A DNA stretch of 61,151 nucleotides, counting the filler, from Platydemus manokwari (taxonomy: Eukaryota), in NCBI GenBank assembly GCA_037951405.1. It is 5 parts of 5 records of this genome, joined end to end, with 100 filler letters (N's around TTAATTAATTAA, not from the genome) between each part and the next. Parts side by side here need not be neighbours in the genome. Positions count along the whole stretch, not along the records: positions 1 to 10,828 come from JBBMOY011102998.1; positions 10,929 to 20,019 come from JBBMOY011300762.1; 3 more parts are not named here. One strand, written 5' to 3'. The notes under the pieces were generated by a model. That model was not told where the DNA came from and did no database searches. It saw only the letters and a list, made by a program, of their open reading frames with translations. A program made the position numbers and the translations under genes. Shown in pieces: positions 1-12,029 of the stretch. Every line of letters begins with the position of its first letter. The first letter of the stretch is position 1.

Positions 1-1778
1 ACCCAATAATACATCCTCAGGGATTGACCAATTCTAGTCATGAAAATTGATAGACCCAATTGGAATAAGAGAAATAGAATGTCAAATTAATATGTAACAT
101 AAGGAAACACACATACACTTCTAGTATATATAACGATGCAAAGACAACCTATTGCTCGAATTGAACCCGTTAGCAAGGAAAAACATTCAAGTTTATTTTA
201 TGTTTTAAATTGAGTGCTGAGTATCACCACGTTCTCTTGTAAATTCATGGTACTACCAATATTTCATTTTAATATAATTTAATATTATTTCATTTGAGTG
301 TGGAATTTAATTAATTGATTTTGGTCAAATTTAATATTTTATATAAAAATATCATAACAGTATAGCACATTAATTTCATCAATGTATAAGTTTAAATATT
401 CCTATATAAATTCATGTATTTCTTGTAACATGAAGTGAGTCAGTAGTAATAATTTAAAAGATTTTTTGATTTAAAATAATTTATAATATTGAGTTTAAGT
501 TTGACCTTTCAGTCTGATTGTATTTCATTAGTATGTCTTAAGATAAAATTCTGAAGACCCTAGTTAAAAAATCACGAAACATTTAAGACTTATTTTTCTA
601 AATTAATTATCATTTTTTCACTAATTATTATCATTAATTAATTGTCATTTTCTTCATTTAAAATCGATCAAACTCGATTGTAATTATTTCTTGTTGATAT
701 CTTTGTAAAACATTAATTATATTTATTTATCAGTGTAAATAGTTTCATTTATAAAGTATGTATTTTATCTTTAGAAAAGTTAAGAATTACTTTTGGAACT
801 TCCTTTTAATTAATCAATTTATGGATTCAGAAAATTAACTGAATTTTCTTTTTGATTTTATGGAATAACCTGAATTATCAAAACTTCAAAAATGAACTGG
901 ATTAAATTATGAATTAAAAATGATAGAAAAAATATGATTTCAGTATTTAATGCTAAATTTCGATCAGCGAATATTTCCCAAATCTTCACAATCTACAAAA
1001 AACACTACATCGTATACAACATTAGCATTTAATTTTGTCGGACATCACCGTACATAATTCTTCAAATTTACATATTGCAATTAAAAATATACCAAGACTG
1101 GTGTTTCGCCTTTAAAATAATATTTATAACGCAATTTATCAATTTAAGTATTGGTAATTAAAATGAAATAATTATTTTATTACTCATCTCTAGAACGAAT
1201 GAAGTTCAAATTAATAATGTAATGTTTTCATTGTCATAGTAAAAATAGTGGCTGAAGTTAAAAAAAATTCCCTAAAGCAATTCCACATAGTTTATAAAAA
1301 TTATGTATGGAGTTCAAATGATTTAATCGAGTATAATAAATATTGTTTAACATTTTTGAGGCATCAATTCTAGTGTTTTGATATTCATGAACGAATTTAT
1401 TTAGGTGACTTTAATCATTTAAATAATACATTCCATAAATTAAGAATAACCCGTTACAAGTCAAATTTAAAAACAATTAATTAACAAACGCTGACTTGAA
1501 AAATTTAATAAATATTTGACATTTTAATTTAATAATCAATCTTTAATTATAAGTTTAAATTACAACTTGAATTTTTCAATGATGTATTTTATAAACAGTA
1601 ATTTACTTTTTTATTTATTTTAAAAATTGTGACAAGAGAAATGAAAATAAAAACTATTCATTAAACATTTTAGTTACCTTAAATTACTTAAAGTTATTGT
1701 CTTAATTTTTCTTTGTTTATTTGAAGTAATATATTTAATATCCATTAATAATATCACATAGTTTCTCTTAAATTAAAT

Positions 1779-4700
1779 ATGGCGAGTCGAAATTGGCGTT
1801 CTGGTATTTTAATTAAAATTGCTTATTAAATTATGAGTAACATAGGAGGGGGTTATCAATCATTCAACCAACTTTTAAACCCAATGCCTTACTATCCTCC
1901 AATGAACTATTCCAACGATAGAAAAAATTATGGGGGAAGAGTTGGATATCGCGAAGAAAATTATAAGTAAGTAATTTTGTGGTAAATTCATTTATTATTA
2001 TTCACAAACTACGGTTATAATATCTGAAAACGCAATTTGGAAGTTATTTTGAATCGATATTTAGACGTGAAAGAAAAGATTTTCAAAGTGGTCGTCGAGA
2101 CCGTATCAGTCCTAATAGACGAAGATCACCTTATCAAAGGTCACATGATTCACATGGCGATTTTCGTAGAGACTCTAAGAAATCTCATGGGCGTTATGAA
2201 GTTAAAGCCCCTCGCTTAACATTTGATATCAAAGAACTATCGACATCATCTCTTAAGCTTCGTTACCCGAAAATGTATATACCATCTGACTTCTTTCACG
2301 CTCATTTGAGATGGCAGGAAGTCTTTCCACTTTATCGAACAATGAAATTGGGTAATCATTCTGAGTTTCAGGTGAGAAAAAAGCGAATCAATCAATGATA
2401 GATCTCTAAGATTTCTTAATTATAGGAAAATATTAACTTGTTTTCTTTTAGATTCTTCACAAAGATGTGAAAATTGACGATCAAATCGACGACGTTATAC
2501 TAGAACCAGCAGATGTAAATTACACATATTCAGCTAAAGTTATGCTAATGACAATGCCAAATTTGGCGGATTTGACTAAGTCCACTTGTAATTTATCTGG
2601 AACTGCTGCAACTGTAAAATCCTTAAACAAAGGCATCCAGTTTTTAGTAGGAGCAAAGGGCAAAAATGAACCTTTGGCTATAGGTGGTCCGTGGTCACCA
2701 AGTTTAGATGGTCAGAATCCTGATCAAGATGCTACTGTTTTAATTAAAACAGCAATTCGCACATGTAAAGCATTAACTGGAATTGATTTATCTTGCTGCA
2801 AGAAATGGTAATTTATATTATTTAATATTAATTGATATGAGATATAAATCGTTCTTTGAGGTTCTTGATTTGAAATTAAAATTATTGAAAGTATGTTTAA
2901 ATGCAAGTTATAATTTTCATTGATAAGTTTACGATTTGAAATTTCACTTATAGGTATAAATAAATTAAAACAAATTTGATCAGTATAGTAATCATATAAA
3001 TGTATTTCAAGTTTTATAACTCATGTCAGTTTACTTATTTGGTAGTTTCATTGGTATTTTTTGATAATGTCCACTTTTCAGGTATAAATTTCTTGAAATT
3101 CATTATTTCCGACCAGTAGACAGACAAGGTGTTGTACAGTTAGAAGATGGTGAAAAGGAAGAAAATGTATCCACAAATTCTGAAAGTGAAGCCAGAGTTG
3201 AAAAGGTGGTCATATTTATTCCAGATATTTGGTCTTGTATGCCGAAAGAAGATGAATGGAATGATATTAAATCCAAATATGAAAATAAATTAGCTAGTTT
3301 GATAGCCGTTGAGTTAGGAGACGAAGTGAATGATGAGAATGTTGAAGTAAAGCAACCCGAAGAAAAAGAAATCAAAACAGATGACAAACCAGCTGAGGAA
3401 GATGAGAGTGGAGACAATCAAAATTTGTCACAAATGAAAGTTGTTGAATTAAAAGCAGAACTTAGTGCAAGAGGCCTGGATACTAAAGGGGTGAAAGCTC
3501 ATTTAGTCAAAAGATTACAGGAGGCTTTAGATAGAGAAAGAGGAAAAACTGTGTCAGAAGATATCCCAGAAACTGAAGTGAAAAAAGTGGAAACTGCTGT
3601 TGAAGAAGATGAGAAGGTTCCAATGGTTACCGAAACTTTAGCTCCTGAAGAATTGAAGAAAATCGAAGAATCAAAAGAAATATCAGAGAAAGAAAGAAAA
3701 CGATTAGAAAAATTGTATAAATTAAATGACAAACCTTCTATATTAGTCCAGCCAAGCAGAACAGCCAAAGGTGGTAGATTTGAATGTATACTCATGACAT
3801 TGGAAAATTTACTTGAATACCGAATTGATGATCAAAAGGAACATATTTTTGAAATATCTATATTCGCAGAACAAATTAATGAAATGTTGCAACGAGACGC
3901 TGCCTTTTATATATTCAAAAGTTTGTCGGAATTACCAGATTTAGTCCCAGAGACCAATAATGAGCCATCTTTGAAGAAACCTAAATTGGAAAATGAAAAA
4001 ATAGTTAGAAAATCAAAAATGATCGCAGATATGAATTTATTATTTTCATTTTGCGTTTTTGATTCTGAAAATTGCGGCTATCTTCGAGATCATGATTTAG
4101 AAGACATAATTCACAGTATTGGTTTGAATTTTTCACGATCTCAAGTTAGAAAATTAATATCCAAAATTCCTAATAAGCGTGGTAATCTAATGTATCGTGA
4201 AGTTACCGATAAAGAGGTTGTTGAAGGCAGTGAGGAGGATGTCGCAGTACTTAAAGATAGAAAATGTCCCATCGAAAAATTAGTCGAATTATCTAAAGGA
4301 AATAAAGCATTTTTTGAAGAAAGTGATTCTCAAGATGCAATAACAAGAAATGGAAACTTAGACCTTTTGGATAATTTAACACTCATAGAGCAGAAGAAAT
4401 TGGAATATGATTCTCAGTTAACGTATATCAAGGATGAAATAGGTATGTTATAAAACTAAATTTTATATATTATCATATATGTTATCTTTAGCAAAGATAA
4501 AGTCTATCCAAAATGATGCCGGTGATGTTGAAAGCAATCTTAAGGAAAATATTCGTAAAATTCAAGAAAAATTAGAAGCAGAAAAAGAAAGCTTTCAAAA
4601 ATTATCTGAAACTACTAAAGTGTATAACAATATTCTTAAATCTGCAACAGACAATATGGGTGCTTCTATCAAAACTATCAACGATCAATTCGAACATGAA

Positions 4701-4826
4701 AGATTATTAGCTGAAGAGGCAAAGGCTAAAGAAGAAGCCGAGAATAAGATGGAAGTTGAAGAGGTAGCAATTAAAGAACCAGAAATCACCGAGGAAAAAA
4801 AGTGGCAAGTTGTAGACCAAGTTTAA
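1779..4826 (+). CDS. CCAR1: Cell division cycle and apoptosis regulator 1 (CCAR1/DBC1 family). Exons 1779-1803, 1846-1966, 2065-2371, 2452-2807, 3082-4442, 4492-4826
   Basis: Hand-spliced through GT-AG introns into one open frame. Family motifs: RYPKMYIPSDFF, YSAKVMLM, IQFLVGAKGKNEPLAIGGPWSPSLDG (DBC1 Nudix-like), WYKFLEIHYFRP, SAP domain (MKVVELKAELSARGLDTKGVKAHLVKRL), LLEYRIDDQKEHIFEISIFAE, EF-hand-like FDSENCGYL, C-terminal coiled coil; TAA stop. Confidence 0.95.
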
Positions 4827-5211
4827 TGTGATTGTTGTCGGTGTATCGTTTTAATATATTTAATATTTTCGGCTTTTATAGTTTGTTATTAAATTTAAAG
4901 TATTTAACGTAGTTTTCAAAAATGATGTTGTACATTGGATTTTAAAAATAAATGTTTTTGATTATTTCTTAATTCTTAAAAATAATTGAAATTTTTATGA
5001 ATGCAACTTGACAATTTGTGAACAAACTTTATAATGTTGCATTTTAATGAATGGATATCGTCAGTAATTGTTTAGTTTATTAAACAAAGGATATTTAGCT
5101 AATGTGAATAAATATTTATATTTTGAAGAGAAATTAAGTGTTCATAAATAAATATTTTTTTTATTTTATTAAATGCACACATTCTTATTAAATCTATCAT
5201 TTTATAAGAAA

Positions 5212-5454
5212 TTAATTTTTGATGAAAATCCAACTGAAAACAGTAAAATGCTTGGGAGCACCAGAAGAGGGTATGAGAATTTCCATTTCAAGATGTTCGT
5301 TAGAAGAAGAAAAAAATCACATTGTTCCAGTGGATTGGATTAATCGCAGTACAGTTACAGTTCTCAGTGATTGTGAAAATAACTGTGTAAAGTCAAAATT
5401 TCGATATTCAGAATCAATTTGATTGAAATCGGGAATTCTATTTTTAGAAGACAT
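5212..5454 (-). other. Possible coding exon/ORF (80 codons) with one in-frame TGA at 5317-5319; product unknown
   Basis: Minus frame MSSKNRIPDFNQ...STGTM*FFSSSNEHLEMEILIP...FSWIFIKN-TAA has no internal TAA/TAG. The + ORF 5219-5422 is its antisense shadow, or the reverse. Confidence 0.3.
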
Positions 5455-6216
5455 TTATTTTCTTGGACTTTTGAAAGAGATGTTCTGAAATACTTAAGAA
5501 TACCGGAAGTGTTATATAGGAACGCATTATGAGATAATAACACCAGGTTACTTTATAAAGGCGAAAATGGTATATAAGTTGAACACTCTTAATTAAATAA
5601 TTAATATAAACATAAAAATTAATTATTTTGGACGCGACTTTTGGGCATTTTGTAAAGCACATTTGTAAATTTTCATGAAATCTCCTTTTTTTTATAGGAC
5701 GTTGCTTTTTTGTTGTGGCTTATGTAGTGGATTTTTGTTTTGTTGGTTATAATTTGCCAATTTCCAGAGTCAGCCAAAAAGTGAAATTATAGCATTTAAA
5801 TTAAAATGGTACATTACCATGACAACCAACTTCAAGTTGGGAACCTGATTGTTTGATGATGATATTAGAGATAGAGTGCATAAGATTGTTTCATTTTATT
5901 AGATTGTCTTATTAGTTTTTAATTTAAGATTAATTTGTATTATTTCAATTATCATTGCAGAAATCCAGATGTCATGTTTCTTTCAACTACAATTCTCGAT
6001 GTCGTGTGGACAAAATGAATTTTTCATTCATCTAAATAACTTAACTATGGAATGTTGAGTGGAATTAAACCAAGTTACATTTATAAAATAATATTTTTAT
6101 TTTATGGGCTTCAACAACTAGTATGGTGACTAATTATTGGAACTATTGGAAGTTTGTTCGAATATTGATTCGTTATGAAGTATAAGTGTATTAGTTTTTT
6201 GTTTCCGCGCAATGGG

Positions 6217-6858
6217 CTAAGGATAATTGAATAACCACGTGTATTGTCAGAATAAATAAATATGGCTTCAAAAGACCATAAATTCGTATGATAGAATTGT
6301 TGATGGTCAACTCAATGATTCCAATTCAAAATTCAATAAATTATCTTCAATTATAAATAATCCCCTATTCAAATAGTCAAGTCTAGAAAAAATAGTTTTA
6401 TCCATTTAACATATGCGAAGAAAACTATTCAGTTTATCCTACTCTCAAAAATCATTCATTATCCAAGGCTCCAAGACTTTATTGTATACAATCAAACCAA
6501 ATATAGCAAATGGTCAAAATGCAATATACATTGCTATTGACAATGGTATTGATATTAAAAAAACTGTTATTGACAATGATATTTTTATCAGTGTCGGGAA
6601 GACACCCCAAGTAATGGCACCCAAAATAAAACAGAAAGGAAAGATTTGGGCGATGAAGGAAATTGAGGCGATATTGTATACCGAGGTACCAAGACCAAAA
6701 AGACCATCTGGGGCGAAACAATTGAAAGAATAAAACTCGAACTTGAAATTGTGTGCTGAATATATATCATAGAATCTAAAACTTAAAAATATTATACATA
6801 GGGAAATTAGTAAAATTCATATTTATCACTTCTGTCCATAAATTTGTTTAGCTAACAT
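6217..6858 (-). CDS. Multi-pass membrane protein (~175 aa, about 3 TM segments, weakly claudin/PMP22-like) with five in-frame TGA codons. Exons 6858-6830, 6775-6443, 6382-6217
   Basis: Two phase-2 GT-AG introns (54 and 60 nt) keep the frame: MLAKQIYGQKFYDIY...IASISFIAQIFPFCFILGAITWGVFPTLIKISLSITVFLISIPLSIAMYIAF*PFAIFGLIVYNKVLEPWIMNDF*ELDYL...ESLS*PSTILSYEFMVF*SHILLF*QYTWLFNYP-TAG. The 5' exon is tentative. Confidence 0.6.
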
Positions 6859-9800
6859 TTATGAAATTGTTTTACGCTTTTACTAACGAATTAGTTAGTT
6901 TATATACTAGTTTTAATTAATCATTTCATATCTTTCAATGGTAATTTTCAATGTTGCCATGGTGATTTGAATTTTAAAATTGAATTACCATGACCACGTC
7001 TACTATTTCCAAGGCAACGTATATTAATCATGGTGAATAATTTATTTTAATTTAATTTAATTTTATAATTATTTATAACTGTATGTATTATGTATTATCT
7101 ATTTATGTGATTGTATGTATATCCGACTATATATATTATTTGTTGAAATGTTTGGAATATATTCTGATAATTATGTAAAAAGAGAAACTGAAAGAAAAAT
7201 ATTGAAAATGTAATGATAATTATGAAAAGTAATAGAATAATAAAAATAATTACATTAATAAGCAAAAAATGCAGCAATAAAAGTCAATAATTTACATAAA
7301 ATCTTGAAAAATTAACATAAGAAAAGGATGACGCAACATCAACATGAAGCTCTCAAAAATTACCGGTGTAAAAGCCAATTATAAAGTTAGATCACCACTA
7401 AAGTTACAAGCTAAAATTATTATTTCATACTTAAGATATATAGAAAATAAAAAAAACAGGACGTTATTTTTGGTATTTTGCCACTCCATTATTAAATCAT
7501 AAATATTTTCCACTCTTCTTCATTCGATTGAATTCACAGTAACTTACTTGTTGTATAGTTTGATAAAAATCGTTTTCGTGTTTGTGGAATGCACTCATAC
7601 ATGTATTAAAATAATTAAAAATATAAAACCAATAAACTTTTTCAAACCAACAAATTTAAAACTCTGGCATTATTTTCAAAAAAAAAGAAAGTTGATAAAA
7701 ACTAATGTGAAATCAAAAAGTTGGCAAAAAATACATGCAAAAGGGACTTGAATTTTTGAAAGAAAGACCCTTAAATTTAATTACTTAAGAAGCGAAGACT
7801 AATACAATAAAACAAATTATTGAGTGAGATGATATTCAACAAAAAGAAAACGGATTTGCACCTTGGAACCCTTACTTAAGTACTTTAAATATTTGCACGC
7901 CTACACAACCATACAAGCAGAGCAACCAACCAATCACAGTAGAGTTAAATGGTAAACGACAATTGGCAAAAAGGCCATAGCCACACAACAACACACACAT
8001 AGGGACATAGGAACATGGAAAACAAAAGATCTAATTTAATGTGATACATCATGACACAAAAATTACACACAAATCTCAAAGATAAATATCGACGTAAGGA
8101 TGACGAAGTGCCAATTGAAAGCCAAGCTTTGGTTGATATTTTTTAAAGCGTGTCAATTCTTGTTACTTGTAAGTCGTACTTTTTTTAAGGGTACTCGATC
8201 GAAATACCGTATTAGCCTTCTATTTTTGGGGTCAGAGATTAGTTAATTGTTTAAAGGATCTAGCAAAATAAAGATAAAGCATGCAGCGTCAAAAAATTAT
8301 CTAAATAACCAAACAGAAGGTAATTAGTTGCTCATAAATTAGCACAAAAATTTTGGCATAATAAATTAAGGCATTCCTATTTCATTTATTTAAAGGATAT
8401 TATATTATTCCAAAATATTATATTATTCAATTATATTAATTTGAACTCATTTTGAACTTTTGTTTAATTATCGGACTTCAGATAAGTAAACAGGTATGGT
8501 GAAAATCTTAACGTTGTTTCAATCAATAGCGAAACTCTAATACACATAAAGGGTTTATTGTTAAATAAAATTACAATTAGATTAGACTCTTAACACAAGT
8601 TGCTAATAAAATTACACACGTCAATCACAGATTCTTGGAAAGTGGGTGAACTGAATTTTCTTACGAATTTTGGAATAAATTCAATTTTAAGACTGAGTTT
8701 CGATCTATAAATAGGAAATATACGAAGTGGTTTAAATGAAAAAATGGGATTTTATAAAAGAATATACATGCTTTAACTGGCTTGATCAACTGGTCGAATG
8801 ACAATAATCGACTTCCAGTGCAATAGTGGAATATACAAAATAGATAGTTTCCTCAAATCCACAAACGTTGGCTAGTATCGAACCATTTGAACTTCTTGAG
8901 TGGAGCTTTGCTTTAGAGATTCCATAAAACAGATCCTGTTATTATTGGCTTCTAAACGGCCAAAGCTCACTGATATTAACAGACTATTTATACTCTCCTT
9001 GGAAGGGTAAGAAATGCAGGTAATTATCTAGATATGTTATACATTGTTTTGATTATAATGAAGTTTTTTTGTTTGCTATCTAAATTCAACTTGAGTAATT
9101 TTTACTACCATTCAGTTTTGATGTGCACTTTATATATTTATTCATTATTATTTTGTTGTCAAGCAGGGAAAAGGAAATAATATATGGGTATCTTTTCAGT
9201 AATCACCGGTTAGCTATAATTTTAAATTTATGCACATAATCTTTTCCCTTTTTATAACAACTTTTGCATGTGAAACAATTATTTTACTAATTGGAAAATT
9301 GTTGATACCAATATGATAACTAAAATAAAATATTGAAATTTATGTCATTAATACTAAATAGTAAAATCTTTATACAATGAAGATACAATATTTTTAAACT
9401 TCATACTGTTTTTATAAAACTTTTAATCAATCTATTTTACATGTTGATGAATAAAATGGTTTCAAATAAACTAAGCTCAAATGCACATAGATTAATTTAC
9501 AATTGAAGTCATATCGGCATCGATTGAACGTGGAGTGCTTATGCTCTGAACCCAATGGTACATTGGTACATTTAAATATCTGTGAAACCAAATTTTAGAT
9601 TTCAAGATTATTTTTTCCGGTTATGTTGTCATCGTACGAATTTCTAAAGTCTCACTAGAACCAATAAAGCGGAAAATAATACCAAGACATAAAATTCGTT
9701 AATGTAATTATAATTTAATGATGAAAAGAAATATATAAATATATACAGAGTGATAAAGAGTTCCACCTTTTGAGTGTGGTTGTTCAAATTGGCGTTTTAA

Positions 9801-10747
9801 TAATAATAATAATTTTCTGGTTTTAACGCTTTGTATTATATTACCTTTAGAGATAAAAATGGAAGTAAAATCTTATTTACTTTTCTTTTATATATATATT
9901 TCTATTTTCCTATTTATTTAATTTATCTATTTTTATCATATTTTTAAGTTAATTCTTGTTATTCTTGTTTTCAATGCTAGCCGCCTAAATTATTCATTTT
10001 TTTATTTTACATATTTATCGGATATTCAATTTTTCTGAGATTGTAAAACAATTTAAATGAACGAGATATAAAAAATTCATTGTTTATTATACATTGAGCA
10101 AAAAATTGTCAGATAATACACAATACACCAAGTTAGGTATATCAAGATCAGCATGATAATGTTCACATACAGTGTGTTATTGATTTTATGCTTTTGGATT
10201 TTATTTAGAATCCGTTGCATCTATGTCTGTCTTTCAATTGTCTTACTTTTCTTGATCTCAATATCTTTTCCGCTCTAAATTCATTCAGCTTAAGGTTTTG
10301 ATTTAATTGTATTTTCAGTGTAGGTGAAAACTATATCTTTTTCGCTGTCTTCCCACTAAAAACAATATTATATCACTTAAGATTTTAAGGCGTCAGAAAA
10401 TTTGAAATGAATTTGGTAAATTCACTGAATAGATTTAGAGAATATAATTGGCATCTACCACATCAAAATTCACTAATAAAATAACCAGATCTAATTTTAC
10501 TTAAAAATTTTTCTTCTCTCGAAGTCTTGTACAACTGAAATAGGAGGAATTTTTTCAGTGAGTGCTGATCTTTGTATAGTTTTGTTAATGGGTTGTCGTG
10601 TTATAATTAAGTTATCATTCCCGTTAGTTTGCATCCAGTGTCTACAAATTGATTTATTTAGTTGATTTCTTCTCTTGTTAACAGATTTTTGTTAATTCTT
10701 ATTTATTTGAATTTTTTATTTTTGTTCTTATTTTATTATTGCTAATG

Positions 10748-10828
10748 TATCAGGCTGAGTCAAAAGTTATTCATGTTTTTTAGTTGTTTAAAGTTTTTGT
10801 TTTACCAAATCATTTAAACATAACATAG
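10748..10828 (+). mobile_element. Tc1/mariner-type terminal inverted repeat running into an assembly gap
   Basis: TA + TCAGGCTGAGTCAAAAG resembles mariner ends; 10752-10823 is identical over 72 nt to 61080-61151. Confidence 0.7.
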
Positions 10829-10928
10829 NNNNNNNNNNNNNNNNNNNNNNNNNNNNNNNNNNNNNNNNNNNNTTAATTAATTAANNNNNNNNNNNNNNNN
10901 NNNNNNNNNNNNNNNNNNNNNNNNNNNN
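10829..10928. other. Assembly gap with TTAATTAATTAA spacer (also 20020-20119, 32501-32600, 41434-41533; plain N gap 35553-35726)
   Basis: N-runs flank an identical 12-mer that has stops in all frames; a scaffolding artefact. Confidence 0.97.
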
Positions 10929-11029
10929 TATAAACACCTTTCTAAAAAAGTATTACCATACGACATTATATGCAAGCAATACTCCCAGCGACATCTTTTA
11001 TCAAACCGAAATTTTAAGGTTATACACCC

Positions 11030-11765
11030 AATATATAAAATTAAGTTATAAAATTATCCGATGAGCGAAAATTCATTATTACTAAAGTAGGTCAAGAGAC
11101 CCATTTTCTTAACATAAGATAACTTATTCGTTAAAATTATAGTCGAACAATAATATAGTTTTAAATATAATTGCCAAGTACAAATTGTAGAATACAAAAT
11201 TCACTGAAATTAAAACGAACTGCATAAAATAATTTAAAAATTCAAGAACAGATTTTAAATATTTCAATGCGTGCATGCATTGAGATTAGTTTTGTAAAAT
11301 TATTATCGTTTAGGAGTAAAAAATCCAATTATCAATCAACTCTTATTCCGCTCGACTGTAACTCTTCGTTTATGGTGTGACATTTCTTGTTTATGGGTTT
11401 TCAGTGGTTCATTCCTATACGAAATCTGTTCCACAGGGATTTAATTCAAATCATTAAAATTATTTATTTAAATAATATTTTAATAAATTATTGGTTTTAT
11501 TAAAATATTATTAATCACCCATTTGGCCATTCACATGGCTTGTCAATCTCTTGATTCAGAGACATGTAGAACTTAAAATATTTACAAAAATAGCTATTTA
11601 TTCATTTAACTAGTGACAACGAATTCCCCCCTTCATTAAGTTCGTATATTATACGAATAAATCAAACATCGCAATTATATATAAAATTAAGTTATAAAAT
11701 TGTCCCACGGGCGAAAAGTCATTATAACGAAAGTAGGTCGAAGAACCTTTTTTCTTAACTTAACC
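11030..11765 (+). repeat. Two direct copies of a ~90-bp dispersed repeat (~11030-11118, ~11678-11765); third copy inverted at ~36690-36770
   Basis: Shared TATATAAAATTAAGTTATAAAATT...CATTAT(T/A)AC(T/G)AAAGTAGGTC...TTCTTAAC core. Confidence 0.75.
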
Positions 11766-12029
11766 CAAAATACGAATTAGTTTTATGATTTTCTTATTTC
11801 GTTATTACACAATCACATATTAAAAAAGTATTATTGATTTTTCAACATAACAGTGATCGATTTTGAAGGGTTTCTTTGAGATAAGAGCAAAACTCAATAT
11901 TAATAGAATAAAATATATCTTTCAAGCCAATCACGATTAGGAGTGGTTTATGATTAAAAGGCCATTAAGCATCCTAGTAGTTAATTTTCAATTAATAAAT
12001 ATAAAAATATATGGATCAAACGATAAAGA

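Noticed and set aside
6413-6733. + strand ORF of 106 aa; likewise the many short ORFs antisense to CCAR1, the zinc-finger gene, the HTH gene and the lectin gene
   Set aside because: Antisense shadows of real coding frames, with the typical skewed composition.
6217-6858. Selenoprotein or mitochondrial-insertion (NUMT) explanation for the TGAs
   Set aside because: Spliceosomal introns and nuclear gene families argue against a NUMT. The positions fit Trp in TM helices rather than redox Cys, and no SECIS was recognised by eye (not formally excluded).
8480-9030. Exon-like fragments faintly resembling M1 aminopeptidase
   Set aside because: Frames are broken by TAA and cannot be joined with plausible introns.
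10873-10884. Recurrent TTAATTAATTAA motif between N runs
   Set aside because: Scaffolding linker, not biological.
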